Under the pieces are notes generated by a model. It had not been told where the DNA came from, ran no database searches, and worked only from the letters and a program-made list of their open reading frames with translations. From NCBI GenBank assembly GCA_951406725.2, contig OX597832.1, forward strand, positions 67,022,001 to 67,086,000: a stretch of 64,000 bases of DNA. Direction: 5' to 3'. Each line of letters starts with the position of its first letter. Within the stretch, counting starts at the first letter, position 1. The translations under genes were made by a program, and so were the position numbers. Of this stretch, positions 1 through 14,153 are shown piece by piece. This stretch comes from Octopus vulgaris. Taxonomy: Eukaryota.

Positions 1-601
1 CCACAAATATCAGGAGTCTCCTCATACACGTTAAAATATGGTATATATAAATACATATATACATGCATGTACGCATATTCTTACATATGTATATATAGAA
101 AGAGACGCCGTTATAGAATGAAAATGACAGAGAAAGAGATAGATATTCACAGACAATGGTTTATATGTAGGTATCCGGGTGTCTATCAATGTAGCGCTAT
201 ATTTACGTAAAGATATGTGCGCGTGCATTATTGTGCGTATATATGCATACATCAGTATTCATACTGTTTCACGTTTATTAATTACTCATCTCTGCATTAC
301 ATCTAATGAGTTCCCATTATAAGTGATGTACATTCATAGTTGGTTGAAATGTCACCTCTACTGCTACAACAACGACGTCCGTGAACTCGGCGAATACAAC
401 TACAACATCAACATTGCTATAATAATTGAGTATAGATTTTAAAGAGGTTATTGCTATTAAATATATTTTAACTTCATCTCATATTCATAAATTCTTAGTA
501 GAAAACTTTAGGAAATTGTATAGATGGATCCTTATTCATTCAATTTATATTCGTATGAATTTACAGACACATTCAACGTGCGCACATACAGATACATAAC
601 T

Positions 602-612
602 ATATGTATGTA

Positions 613-681
<69 letters not shown>

Positions 682-686
682 GATAT

Positions 687-761
<75 letters not shown>

Positions 762-920
762 TATACATGTATATATGTGTGTACATATTTATATACATAT
801 ATATATATGTATATGTATGTATGAATGTATATATATATATATACATATATACATAATACATAAGTATATATATATACATATATATATATATATAGACATA
901 TATATACCATATATATATAT
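602..920. repeat. (TA)n compound microsatellite; representative of many (TA)n tracts across the window
   Basis: Long pure TA runs with TG/CA interruptions; source of the YIYIYI ORFs. Confidence 0.98.
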
Positions 921-3900
921 TCAAGTGTGTATGTTCGAATGTATACGTTGTTCGTGTTTTATTATCGAAATTATTGTTTTAACTCGAGAATTACAATATC
1001 TCTTGAAACATTTTAGTGCATAACATTCTATAGTATTTCCTACTCTAAAATATTTATATTCAGTCTCTGTGTCTAGTAATCACTTTTTATTTCTCTACTG
1101 GACCTAGCGTTGCGCTTCTTTCATGCGCAAGTACATACACACACACGCTCACGCACACGTATTCACACACAGACACACACTCGCTAACCTCTTACTCGTA
1201 ACAGTACATAAAACGTACCATCCGCACTTGGTAATTGCACTCTATAAACATTTTGCTAAAAGAACCGAACAGTACTACATCCCAACTTATCACATATAGA
1301 TCTCAGACAATTTAAGAATAAATTAACAGCTGCAGATATACTCTTCGAACATTATCTAACATACTGAACAATTACTTATATTTTATATTTTCGACTCCAA
1401 CTAAATCTAAAATGACGAATTTAACAATAATGGTTATGATTTTAAATATTAATCATACAAGGCCAACACAAGCAGCAAACTAAATTAGTGTAAATGAATA
1501 AATTCTTCGATGGAAATCGATCTCGTGGTCATCGCATTTCACGTGACAAAATTACCAATTAGTCAACAGAAGGTGTTAAACTCCAGATAAAGTTCGTATA
1601 AAGACCATTTTTAGTAGAACAGGAACGTTTCCACTATAGCTAACTTCTTTTGTACTAGGCTCTATTTCAGTCCCTACACACTTGTAGAAATTTCTGTAAG
1701 TTCGAGATGTTGTGTAACATAAATAAGAAAAAGTTGGCGACGTGAGGCACTGGGTGCATGTAAGAGATTACCATCCGTTTCTTTTTATAGGTGTACGTTC
1801 TCTTATGTTTTTTTTATGTATTCATATTTGGCTGCAGAATTGGCAGACATCAATCGCAACTAGCGTTTATGAGGGTAGATTTCCAGCTGCCTGGTCTAGT
1901 AAACAAGGTGCCTCTTGGAGAAGAGATGGATCATGAGGTACATAATATATAATTTCATACCGATAACTGCAAAATCCAGCCCATGAGAATATTGCCGTTG
2001 TGCCCATAAGGATATTTTGGCTTATTGCCTGTACTGTTGCACAGTGAGTAAACAAGTGTATATATCTTAGCTAAAATATACCTACAATCTTCCCCTCATG
2101 CGAAAGATCGTAGGAAGAATAGGCAGCAAATCTTGATAGTGGTAGGATTCTGTATAATTTATTTTGACTCTCGTTGACTCTAAGAAACTACGTCATTTAT
2201 TGGATATCGTAACTGTATAGCGGTTGGATTGATCGCAATAAACTTAGTAACGTCATATATTATGCATTTTTCACTTTCAATCATTCGATTCCTGCAACTA
2301 TTTAAAATTTGGCTCAGGAGCACCCATACATATCTGCTATCTTCATTGACATTACCTTATTACGAATGACGATCATATACCTTGTTTCGTCTGACATCGT
2401 ACCTAGGACAATATGCAAAAGTAATGATCCGGAAAGAAGTTTGATGCTGAACTGTATCTAGCCAGACGCTCTCAATTCCAGAATAAAATTTCCCTACCCA
2501 GCAGCTTCCCTACGATTAATCAGTTTCGTTCCTGAGTTCAGAAAATCAATAGCTTCAATATATAGATACATATGTTCGGTGTACATAGCTTTCGGAAACT
2601 TTTAATCACTCACTCCGTTCATTGATATGTCACCATTCTTTGTTCTAAATCATAAGTGACCCTAGACAGCGTATGTGTTTGACGTTACTATCCTGGTGTT
2701 GTTAGGTAGACTAATTTCGGAGTTCCCGCCTTCTTCAGAATTTTGGCCTTCTGAAGAAGACTTCTTGTTAAAAGAGAATGCTAACGGCATTAGTCTCGTA
2801 CGTCTCGTAGTATTTACAAAGTTTAAGGTGACAATAGGACAAACCGATAACAATAAAATCAAGTTAGGCAGGAACAGACTTTATATATTTGATCTATGCA
2901 CCTCGTTACCATGTGAACACCATCTCGTCAGGAATGTTTCACTTCTCTTTTTTATATTCTTTCTATACTGTTTCATCTTGCAGACATCTCACTCACCTAT
3001 TCTTCCAAATACGTTTTTCACGCACCTAAAGCCCGATCTCTATTCACCCTTTAATTTCCTTGCACACATTGACATACAGATTATTATATGTAAGTCAGGT
3101 AGATATCTCCATATCAGGAAATTTGGTCGATGTGCAAAGTTTATTGACCAATTCCATCTTAATATGTCTAACATATTTAATGAAATTTAGATGTATTTTC
3201 CGTTTTCGTTTCTCACGTCAACTATTTAGGCAGTATGCATTTCACTCGTTCACACTTCAGTTTCACAAACGATATCCTATAATGAGCTTTAGGTGCTGAA
3301 AGAATTTCCTATCACTTCTTCTACGCATTCCCTGTGTTTATAGTGCGTTATCTACAATTGACATTTTTCTCTAGTCACCTTCATTAATTCTTTTCATTTG
3401 TGTTTTTTTAAATCTTTTATGGAATGTTTACACCTTTTAACTTACCCTACGTTTCTTTTGTAACGCCTCATTTATCTTTTCGACATTTTTGTTTTCAATC
3501 AGAGAAAGTTGACTCTGGTCTTTCTCAATATATTTTGCTTTCGTACCTCTGTTCCATTTTCCAAAACACCATCTGCTTTCTTCGAATTCGCCATAGAGCT
3601 AACACCTTATAGATTTGTGAAAGAATTACGGCTCCAAAATAAAGTTGTTTAAACGTTCCGGCAATATTACTCTTTTAGAATATCGTTTATGAATATCAAT
3701 TCTATTATCCATTTATGATAACTGCCACTTAATGAGAAGTTCTCTATTCATTATGATGATGAGTATAGACATTTGTTTCTTTTCGTCATTCAGTAATAAT
3801 CATTCATGTATAGTATCTCTCTGACAAGTATTATTAACCTTTTTTTTTATTTTTATCACAGCTAGCTCCGCATTTCATCTAACCAAGTTCGTGCGACAGC

Positions 3901-4308
3901 TCTTTTGCTTCTTGTAAGGTGTCTATGTGATGCAGCACCACAAGCATCACATTACTGATAATGAACGAATATGTACTAAATAACGACCATTCAGGTAAAC
4001 CTTTATATATCTTAATCATTTTTATGGCATCTGTTGTTATAGCAATCACTATTTCCCTATCGTTATATTTAGGAAATAGCCCAATAATCTTTAAGATACA
4101 TTTTCTATTGCAATTAATGTAGAACAAGAAGCACAACTTTTCCTGATAGTTATAGATAACATAATCCGGCTATTCAATTATATTTGGATTATCATTTGTC
4201 AGAAAATGCATAATTTGTCGCTATCCAGAATATTTTCTACATTCACATTTTATCATGCACGTCAAAAGTCTGGCATAATTTCCAGTTTATGACTCATTTA
4301 TTAGAGTC

Positions 4309-4348
4309 TCATCATCCTAATCCTCATCATCCTCATAATCATCCTCAT

Positions 4349-4441
<93 letters not shown>
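4309..4441. repeat. (CAT)n microsatellite
   Basis: Pure catcatcat run with a degenerate left edge. Confidence 0.97.
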
Positions 4442-4547
4442 TCGTGTCATCTTTTTTTATCACAGTTTTTTTTGGAACTTTTGAAGTATTTCATGCGTAG
4501 CGGGCTTATTACCTTCTGCCTACGTCTTCATGTTATCAGTTCCTTTC

Positions 4548-4635
4548 AACAATCTAATGCTTATTTGATTATTCTGGTCGTGCCAAGGAGTCCAACCTTT
4601 TGTAAGAGTTCTACTAGGCACTCTATTCTAATTTC

Positions 4636-4636
<1 letters not shown>
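4548..4636 (-). mobile_element. R4/Dong-clade LINE, ORF C-terminal fragment
   Basis: Minus translation IECLVELLQKVGLLGTTRIIK matches the LQKxxLLGTxRI end of RLE-LINE ORFs; abuts an (ATT)n tract. Confidence 0.65.
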
Positions 4637-4723
<87 letters not shown>

Positions 4724-4790
4724 GCTGTTGTTGTTGTTGTTGGTAGTGTTGATGTTGTTGTTGTTATTATCATTATTATTATTATTATTA
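4637..4790. repeat. (ATT)n/(GTT)n microsatellite
   Basis: Direct reading. Confidence 0.97.
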
Positions 4791-5050
4791 AATTCATATA
4801 TTTGACTTTTTTTGTATTTGTACGTTGGTTCAAAGCCTCACCCAGAGACCTCAAGAGACAACAAGTTAGAAGTTCATAATGGTGTTATACCTAGGGTGTC
4901 ATATATTTGATTTTGTACATAGTATTGTTCTAGAGAATGTTTAAGAAAACAAGAAAATTATAGGTTTATTTTAAATTTCAGATTACATAGGAAGTATTTT
5001 ACGTAGGATATGTGAATTTCCCATAAGCACTATCTTTTGAATTTCTGCCA
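4770..5050 (-). mobile_element. R4/Dong LINE 3' end (ORF end, 3' UTR, (TAA)n tail)
   Basis: Minus translation EIQKIVLMGNSHILRKIL; the UTR (cccagagacctca...gacaaca) aligns with the copy at 10975-11295. Confidence 0.75.
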
Positions 5051-5267
5051 TTTTGCGGTTCCAAGCAGGGCTGTTTTCTACAAGTATTCCACCCTCATTG
5101 CACCTCATATTTGCTACACGTACTTCTCCAGATGTTTATTCTTTATTCCCAGGGATCCGATAGTTATTGGTATTACTACCACCTTATTTTAGTGACGACA
5201 ACTGCTTAGCCTCCCAAGTTAATCTATCACAGCTATCGATTTTCTTTCTTCATTATCGCATACCATG
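5051..5267 (-). mobile_element. R4/Dong LINE, RLE-domain fragment
   Basis: Minus translation KVVVIPITIGSLG...YL*KTALLGTA, with in-frame stops. Confidence 0.7.
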
Positions 5268-6105
5268 TTATCCTCTGGGCACACCATGTCTTTGATGCAG
5301 TATCATTTGCTTCCTTTGTAACTGTTCTACTGGGAACTCTATTTCAATTGCCCCTATATTCCACTTGATGCCTTCTGATACTATTCTCAAACACACAACA
5401 ATAATTGGCACCATTTTCACCTGCTTTATTTTCCATAACCGGGTTGTTTCGTACTTCAGAAGGTTGTATCTATCTATCTTTCCGTCTTCCTTGTTGAATA
5501 TTTGTAGGTCAAAGAGGCATGCAACATCAACTATATAGCATGTGTCATGCACCTTGTCCAACACTACTAGGTCCTGTTTGTTATGCTCTAGCACATGATC
5601 TGTTTGGATTAGGAAATCCCAAGGGGTGTTTCTAGTGCCGGACTCCACCACTTTCTGCGGTTTGTGCTCAATCCACATCTTGCCTCTCTCTAGACCCCAA
5701 TTTTCTCACACTATACCAATGTAGCACTTTCGCTACCCGGTCGTACCGCCACAACTTGTACTTGTTTCGGGCAAGTTTAATGCCTCTGTTTGTCATATGG
5801 TCAATGGTTTCATCCACTCAATTGCAGATGCGGCACAGCGGAGACACTTGCTCATACCAAAGGGTGACCTTCTAGTGCCTGGCCAAAGCTTTGTCCTTCA
5901 CTGCCACTATAATATTTTCGATCTCTTTTTAGGGATCCTTTCATCAGTGAAAACCACCTATTTTTTCCAGCAACTTCTGTTGTGGCTACATGGAAATGAA
6001 TGTGTATTCCCTTCTTGCATAATTCTTCTTCATGTCCTCTTTGTACTTCTTCCTTTGTTTTCCCTTTTTTTCAGTTCTCAATACTTCCTCTTTCTTAAAT
6101 GCAAC
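5268..6105 (-). mobile_element. R4/Dong LINE fragment: zinc knuckle plus restriction-like endonuclease (pseudogenised)
   Basis: ORF 5268..5678 reads WDFLIQTDHVLEHNKQDLVVLDK..CYIVDVAC.FD..KE..KIDRY..L.YE..RLW..VKMVPIIV, an RLE consensus. A degenerate ETIDH..LA..RYD.VAKVLHW lies upstream. The 5' end abuts a (TAA)n tract. Confidence 0.88.
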
Positions 6106-6109
6106 TAGC

Positions 6110-6350
<241 letters not shown>

Positions 6351-6500
6351 GCGGGGCTAAATGCTTATCGGCATTTCGTCCGACCTTAAGTTCTGAGTTC
6401 AAATTGCGCTGGAGTGCATTCTTCCTTTTTTTCTTTCGGCATTTAAAAAAATTTGTACCAAAATTGTCAGGCCTTTCACCTACAGTAGAAAGCTTTATTA
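6351..6500 (+). mobile_element. Decayed copy of the SINE family seen at 32651
   Basis: aaatgctta.cggcatttcgtc...gttctgagttcaaatt and a cct..agtagaaag end. Confidence 0.7.
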
Positions 6501-7009
6501 TTTTTATCATTAATATTATACTTGTTGTTGTAGCTTTTGTTGTTGTTGTTGCTATTGTGAGTCATTATTATGACTAATGGTGTACATGTTTGTCCTAAGG
6601 CTGCTCCATACGCAGATATTCCTGGACTTCAATTTGTGGCGTGTTTTTTTTCTTTGTGTATTCCGGATACAGCAGAAGTGATGATACTTACTAACTAAAG
6701 TCATGATTACGAGTTGTATTTGCATTATACTGTTTCAGACGAAAACAACCTAATAAATATTTTCAAATGAAATTATTTGTTAGGTTTCACAACTAATTGT
6801 TCTGCCGGGAAAAATCACGTTTTATATATTTTCTAATGTTCTGTCTGTCCTGTGTCGTCAATGACTTCTAAAATAATGCTATATACGCATTCGATGAATA
6901 CATATGAAACATACATAAACAAATATGCAACAGTATAACAATATATATTTATAGAAATGTATACTGATACTCATATATAAACATATACATGTAGAGATAC
7001 ATGTATGTA

Positions 7010-7067
<58 letters not shown>

Positions 7068-7085
7068 GTATATTTATATATATAC

Positions 7086-7182
<97 letters not shown>

Positions 7183-7319
7183 AGTATGTATATCTATATA
7201 TGGAAACACATACACACGTACATATGTGTGTTTGTGAGTAGTTGTAGGTATGTATGGCTTTATATATTTACGTATCTGCCTATCTATATTGTATGTATGT
7301 ATGTATATATATATATACA

Positions 7320-7354
<35 letters not shown>

Positions 7355-7969
7355 CTATATGTGTATATATATACACATATATCAATATACATGCACACAC
7401 ACACAGGCGCACATATATATACACACAAATATATGGTGAAATTATTTTTCTATGTGTGGGAAATATCATAAATGTCGATAAATTTTTTTATTGTACCCAT
7501 GGAAACAGTTTTCAATTTAAATCAGGAAATAAATAGAGCTTTGATAAATTGTATTTTAATATATCGACTGTGGAGATTTTTATTGAGGAGGTTTGATTAT
7601 AAAATATATCTATTATAGCGCCGCCTATTATGTCAAACGGGAAATTACTACAGAGTGTTATATTATGACGTCAGCGATACATTTCACACTTGCTTCATAC
7701 AAAGTAGCAAGGATATTCTCATTTGAGCAGGTTAAACAAATAGATAAATAGATTTACTTCCGCTGCAGTGACTTAGTAGACAGAACACATACATTGAAAC
7801 CGCTCTAAATACTAATGCGTTCATACATACATACACACAGATATACATATACGTACGCATAGAGTTATGTATGTGTATTTGAGTCTGTATGTGTATATGT
7901 ATGTCTTCGTTAACGTACGTATATGTATATATCTTCATATATATGTATATATGGGCATATACATATGGC

Positions 7970-8000
<31 letters not shown>

Positions 8001-8204
8001 ACGGGAAGCTTTATGAAAATAGACAAAAGACGAAGGCAGGTGGAAAACAAACAAACAATTGTATTAGTATGGCGCTCAGGAAATATAAATAAAACAAGAC
8101 TTTAACGTTTCGAGCCTACGCTCTTCAACAGAAAGATACACATAGAAAAAAAACACAGAAAGAAGGAGAGAAAAAAATGCATGCAGTAACTAACGAATCA
8201 ACAT
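8001..8204 (-). mobile_element. Penelope-like LTR-type repeat, family A copy 1, with hammerhead variant
   Basis: Four homologous ~200 bp copies, each with the same end fused to (TA)n. Minus strand reads tcttt-CTGTTGAA-gagc gtag gctc-GAAA-cg-TT-aaag. Confidence 0.7.
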
Positions 8205-8214
8205 ATATATATGT

Positions 8215-8438
8215 ATGTCCCAGGTTGAGTCGGGGTTAACGACATTAAATAAGGTAGTCAATACATAGCAGAGTAAATTAATTTATTTGATAGAAGGAGC
8301 TTCTACGGGACTAGAACTGTTTCATTCAAAGAAATCATCAGGAGCTTCCTGATGATCTCTTTTGAATGTAAATTAATTTATTTGATAAAGGAGTTTCTAG
8401 TCCTGTAAACTCCTTCTATGAAACTGTTCTAGTCCGTA

Positions 8439-8441
<3 letters not shown>
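8215..8441. mobile_element. Rearranged fold-back element with hammerhead remnants on both strands
   Basis: Palindrome centre atcatcaggagcttcctgatgat. The pieces reconstruct ggagcttc-CTGATGA-stemII-GAAA-cag..ctg-TA-gaagctcc. Confidence 0.6.
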
Positions 8442-8507
<66 letters not shown>

Positions 8508-8515
8508 CCTTTAAT

Positions 8516-8775
8516 GTATCTGAGAGATACCAACACGCTGGAAATAGCAGCAAAGTGTTGACTCTAAAACCGCATTAAATGTTCATACAGCTCCAGGTGA
8601 TGTATGCACATTTAATGTGATTTTAGTGTCAAGTTTTGCTATTTACATCGTGGTTGTATCTCTTAGATACCCTAAATTATAATTTTAATAATAATTAATT
8701 ATTACCTTTGAAGGTTTTTATTCCCAAGCTGGCCACTTGATAAGATCGATATTTAAATTAACGATCTTATCCTTA
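8516..8775. repeat. Fold-back element (arms ~8516-8590 and ~8599-8670) plus one-sided tail, between (TA)n tracts
   Basis: gtatctgagagatac...cattaaatgttcataca is the imperfect reverse complement of tgtatgcacatttaatg...gtatctcttagatac. Confidence 0.85.
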
Positions 8776-8776
8776 T

Positions 8777-8850
<74 letters not shown>

Positions 8851-8864
8851 TATATGTGTATATA

Positions 8865-8922
<58 letters not shown>

Positions 8923-8925
<3 letters not shown>

Positions 8926-9108
8926 GGAAAGTTTACGAAAATAAACAAAAGACGAAGGCAGGTGGAGTACAAACAAACAAATGTATTAATATAGCACTCA
9001 GGAATAGAAAAAGTATTTTACGTTTCGAGTCTACGCTCTTCGACAGAAAGATACACAGAAAAATAACAAGGAGAGAAAAAATGCGTGTAGGATCTAACGA
9101 TCTATCAT
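8923..9108 (-). mobile_element. Family A copy 2
   Basis: Homologous to 8001-8204; motif CTGTCGAA-gagc gtag actc-GAAACGTA on the minus strand. Confidence 0.7.
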
Positions 9109-9666
9109 ATATATATATATATATATATGTATATGTATCTTTGTATGTATATGTATGAATATATATATGATTGCATATACTTGTATATTTGTACATATAT
9201 ATATGTATATATGTGTATATATATATATATATGTGTGTGTGTGCCTGTGTGTGTACGAACACATTTCGCGTAGACCTTGTGATTCTAAGGGCGTGGTGTA
9301 GAAATCAATATGCATATACATCTGAACGATGAGTTAATCGATTACAGATCGGTTATAAGAAACAAATGACAAGAATAATTCACTTACAACTGTTTACATT
9401 ATATATGTCAAAGACATTTAGTTGTTAATAATCCCTTTGCGACGGTTTTCACACCCCTTTCTGAGGCGTTACTTAGAGTTCATCAAAACCACATGAAGTA
9501 GCCCTGTCCAAGGACTCAAGAGATTAATATCCGGATGATGATTATACTTCAAAATTTATATAATGATTCTTTACAAATATTTCAAATAAATGAATAACAT
9601 TGGAAATACCTAGTAAGGGGTTTCGTGGGCCTTATAATATTGCAAAATATAAATGCATATCAATAA

Positions 9667-9732
<66 letters not shown>

Positions 9733-10306
9733 AAATAAAACAAACAAAAATAGATAATCTTGTTTCATAGAGAGTATTATTTATGCCTGCAAATGTGAAA
9801 TATGTATTTCTATACTATTCACAATCACGTGTTTTTGAAAGATATAGGCATCGATAATAACAAAACACGAAACAAAACAATAGACGTTTGCTTTCTAAAT
9901 AATATGTGATATATGGCCAAACAAGGTTTATAGACACCAATTCCCTGACACTATTGCAATAACGAATACATAAACCAGTTTTTAGTTCGTTCGAAAGCAT
10001 GTGACCCACGACGTTAGTCTTCAATAAAGTGCACTTTGTAATTAAATATATACGAGTATCGTAGCTCACTACATCCCAAATGTCATCATACGGTATTATC
10101 AAGGGGCACTTTTATTGCACATTTTGCTATCATTTTCATGTAAGTAACATTTCTCAGTTACATATTTAAAAGCCTTCTGGAACACTTAAAGTCATAAATG
10201 TCACCTCATAATTTTGTTATAAATAAATATGGGTGTTTATAGTAATAACATAAGCAAAGACAGAGAGATATATACATATATACATATGTATATATGAATG
10301 TATATG

Positions 10307-10351
<45 letters not shown>

Positions 10352-10354
10352 ATG

Positions 10355-10412
<58 letters not shown>

Positions 10413-10543
10413 CACATCTAGATATATACTGTCTATATGGAAATACATGTTAATGTGCATGAATCGGTTGTATGCTTATATCTAAGACATATACGAACAA
10501 GCAAATGTACATACGTATATGCAAACATGCATACATGCATATG

Positions 10544-10598
<55 letters not shown>

Positions 10599-10693
10599 TA
10601 TCAAAAGGGAAATGGAATTTAATTAAATTTAAAATATTACATTTCCAGTGGTCTAACGTGCAAAAAAATTACTCCAGAAGACTATATATTAGT

Positions 10694-10815
10694 TATACGA
10701 TATAGTGTATATTTATACACATGAGGAATCCACACTTAGGGCGAGATTCAACACATTAGAGAACCACAAAAATAACAGATAAAATTCGACAAATAAATAC
10801 ACACTATATCGTATA
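10694..10815. repeat. Short terminal inverted repeat (~23 bp arms)
   Basis: tatacgatatagtgtatatttat versus ataaatacacactatatcgtata. Confidence 0.7.
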
Positions 10816-10974
10816 TATATATATATATATATATATACATACAGGCATACAGACACACACACGGGTACATATCTGCAGTGATATATATGTATTATTCTTT
10901 TACCACGAGTTAAACACTGACGCCAAAGTGCCCGGCTATCTACATCTATTAAAACTGTTGACATTCGTCCACCT

Positions 10975-11294
10975 ATTATTATTATTATTCTATTATTATT
11001 CTATTCATGTTTGACTTTTGCTTTATATTTGTACAAGTTGACTCGAAGTCTTACCCAGAGACCTCAGGAGACAACAGGTTGGAAGTTCACGTTGTTGTTA
11101 TGCCTAGTGTGCCATATATTTGGTTTTTTTTGGTGTGTTGTACTAGTGAATGTCTAATAAATAAATTTTTAAAAAAAGTTTGTTTTAAACATTGAGATTA
11201 CATAGAGAGTATTTTGCGTAGGATATGAGCAGTTCCCATGAGTACTATCTTTGGAATTTCTGTCATTTTGGGGTTTCTTGGTATCTGAGTTAGC

Positions 11295-11295
<1 letters not shown>
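10975..11295 (-). mobile_element. R4/Dong LINE 3' end inserted in (TAA)n
   Basis: Minus translation ends IVLMGTAHILRKILSM; the 3' UTR is shared with 4770-5050; ATT repeats on both sides. Confidence 0.8.
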
Positions 11296-11351
<56 letters not shown>

Positions 11352-11470
11352 CATTATTATTATTGTTGTTGTTATTATTCTTACAGCAACAACTACTACT
11401 AATACTACTACTACTACTACTTCTGTTGCTGCTGCTGCTGCTACTACTACTACTACTACTACTACTACTA
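11296..11470. repeat. (ATT)n-(ACT)n-(GCT)n compound microsatellite
   Basis: Direct reading. Confidence 0.95.
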
Positions 11471-11569
11471 GGCCTGATCGTCTTATTTTCGATAAGAGAG
11501 ATTCTGTGGATTATTTTATATACTATGCTATGTTAATATCTTCTGTTCTAATACTATGTTTGCATTCAA

Positions 11570-11910
11570 AGTGTCCGCTCACTCTCTATTACTTGGTACA
11601 TACAGTATGTCTGCGTCACTTTCGGGGTAGAGAATCCCATATCTAGTCAGCAACTTCCTTGTCTTTTTGTCTAAGCTGTTTAGTTCATCTACTGTCCGTG
11701 CTATTACCCCTGCTCAATATCTAAGGAGTGAAATCGCCCAGGTGTTGATGGCTTCAATCTTATTCCGTCCTTTTAATTCCGTCTTAAATATCAGTCTCAA
11801 TCTGCGCAAATACTTCACCTTAAATTTTTGCGTCATTTCTTTCTCCATCAATTTATTCATTTCCAGTATCTGCAAGTACTTATGGCCCGTCCTTTCTATA
11901 TGCTTTATAT
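11570..11910 (-). mobile_element. R4/Dong LINE fragment, RT C-terminal (thumb) region
   Basis: Minus translation KYLRRLRLIFKTELKGRNKIEAINTWAISLLRY*AGVI..DELNSLDKKTRKLLTRYGILYPESDADILYVP. Confidence 0.85.
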
Positions 11911-11924
11911 TAATATTAACAATA

Positions 11925-11992
<68 letters not shown>

Positions 11993-12059
11993 TTTTTATT
12001 ATTTAGTAGCTTTATTTTTATGATTCATTGCTATGATTATGAGCTGTGGTTACTTTTGG

Positions 12060-12140
12060 TGCTCTTATTTTTCTTTATTGAAAGTGTTTTACGCAGGATA
12101 GGTGCAGTGCCTTGTCGTGCTATTTTCTGTATGTTATATT
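12060..12140 (-). mobile_element. R4/Dong LINE ORF-end fragment
   Basis: Minus translation NIQKIARQGTAPILRKT. Confidence 0.65.
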
Positions 12141-12210
12141 ATTATCATTTTTATCATTATAATTATTATTGTTGTTGTTGTTGTTGCTGTTGTTGTTGTT
12201 ATTGCTTGTG

Positions 12211-12270
<60 letters not shown>

Positions 12271-12300
12271 ATAATAATAATAGTAGTAGTAGCAGCAGCA
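12140..12300. repeat. (ATT)/(GTT)/(GTA)n compound microsatellite
   Basis: Direct reading. Confidence 0.95.
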
Positions 12301-12621
12301 TGGACAATAAACTTATTTTAATCCATAAGCGTATAAATATTCTAAAAAAACATAGTTTTAAAATGCATTAGGTCTCTTTTAGATGGTTTAGTTGTAAAAG
12401 CTGTACCGATTTCATAGATTTTTCTGATTTTCAAAGTTTAAGTGAGATTAAAAGGCTCATGGAGTTTGTCTTCTTTTTCTAGAGAAAACATGGCTCAAGG
12501 TAATATCAGTTTAGGATACAATTTAATTGGTATATGATGATCACGTGCTTAATTTGAAAATGTTTTCAAAATCAAAAAACAACACATTTTACATTTTATT
12601 TTTTATGAACGTAGTCACTTA

Positions 12622-12820
12622 CTCTCTCTATCTCTCTCCCTCTCTCACTTTATCTTTCCCGTGAAACTCTCTGCCTCCTTCTTCCACTCTTCTTTATCTT
12701 ATTTTTGTTAGACGCCTTCAAAAAAGCAATGCTCTCTCTCCCCCTCTCACTTTGTCTTTCCCGTGAAACTCTCTGTCTCCTTCCACTTTTCTTTATCTTA
12801 TTTTTCTTTTGTTAGACGCC
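12622..12820. repeat. ~100 bp direct tandem duplication
   Basis: ctctcacttt.tctttcccgtgaaactctctg...ctttatcttattttt..gttagacgcc occurs twice. Confidence 0.9.
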
Positions 12821-13803
12821 ATGAAAGCAGCTATGGCTGATATTTTTATGGCTAAAAGCTATGGGTGCCTCGGGAAAAAAAATAAGTTGAACAAAACCAG
12901 ATAGGATGTTGACGAATCTCCTCCTAAAATTTGAGCAACATGCGTGCTAATTTGTGGATGTGCATAAATTACAATCATGTACACACGCGCGCGCACACAC
13001 ATCATGGCTTTTATAGATATGATGTATCTAAAGCCGTTTAAGTTTTTCATAGTTCCTCTATACCTATTGCTCTGGCAATTTCCATTCCGCTTTCTATAAA
13101 CATTGATGATATTACGTTCCAAGCAATATTTGTTATAATTCCTGAAGTATTTTATTACGAATTCTAAAATTTGTAACAATTATGCAGATTCTTCTTTGCT
13201 AGATCAAATGAAATATGTGTTTGGAATGACATGAGGCAAACAATAGACATAGTTTTTTGTCTGTTACTGTGTTTTGAAGGTCTGTTTGAATGTGAGAATA
13301 TGATTTGATGATTAGAATATCCAGAAATAGTGGTTGAACTTTACTGTATTCCATTGCGGCGTTAATACAAGTGGTTCTGTTGTTAATTAGGATTTGAAAC
13401 TCAATAAGCTGCACAAATATATGTATCCATAAATTCAGGCAGTCGTCGAAGTGACATAGTTATCACGTTAATAATGATGGAAGTCCAAGTCATATATTAA
13501 TTTGGGCTGTTTATATATCTGGACCACTATGTTTGACATGACTAAATTAGCATACGTTGGAGCAACCTTCGTATCGAGCTTTGGAAAAGAAGAGATTTTT
13601 CGAAATCCTGTCAGAAGTATAGCTGTTGTGACATAGTCCTAAGCATTTCTACGATAACTAATAGCTGACAGCTAGATCTAGCTGTGATAACGGTTACGCC
13701 TTAAAAAAATGTACCTTCTACGACACCCATTACAATTTCCACTCATATATATTTCTACCTACCTATCTATCTACATATATAAATACATACATAACATAAA
13801 TAC

Positions 13804-13874
<71 letters not shown>

Positions 13875-14153
13875 AAGTGTGTTTGCCATTGCAGCATGGC
13901 AGTCCTCCGCAGGACGATGTTACTACATTTTAAATCCAGGGAAATATATTGTGCAGCTGGCTACCGCCAATATATGATCTGTGTCCGTATACTATGATCA
14001 TGGGATTCTAATGTCCGTTTCCTAACTGTAGTCATACTTGTAGACCAATTGGGTAATTTCCTTTCTTCGATACACGAAGGCTGCCGGCTAGAAATAGCAT
14101 CCACTCACACTTCCTCACAGTATATACTTTTAAAGCGACACACATTAACAGAC

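Noticed and set aside
1700-4280. Repeat-poor block with a 171-aa ORF (2675..3190) and faint minus-strand LINE RT-like words (GSLLLHIVLG)
   Set aside because: No motif is convincing by eye. It may be a very old LINE and needs a translated HMM search.
4289-4879. 196-aa ORF with poly-His and poly-Ile
   Set aside because: Built from (CAT)n and (ATT)n tracts plus antisense LINE debris.
9380-9480. Minus-strand aaacagttgta and gaaaaccgtc, hammerhead-like 3' halves
   Set aside because: No matching CUGANGA box or stem I was found.
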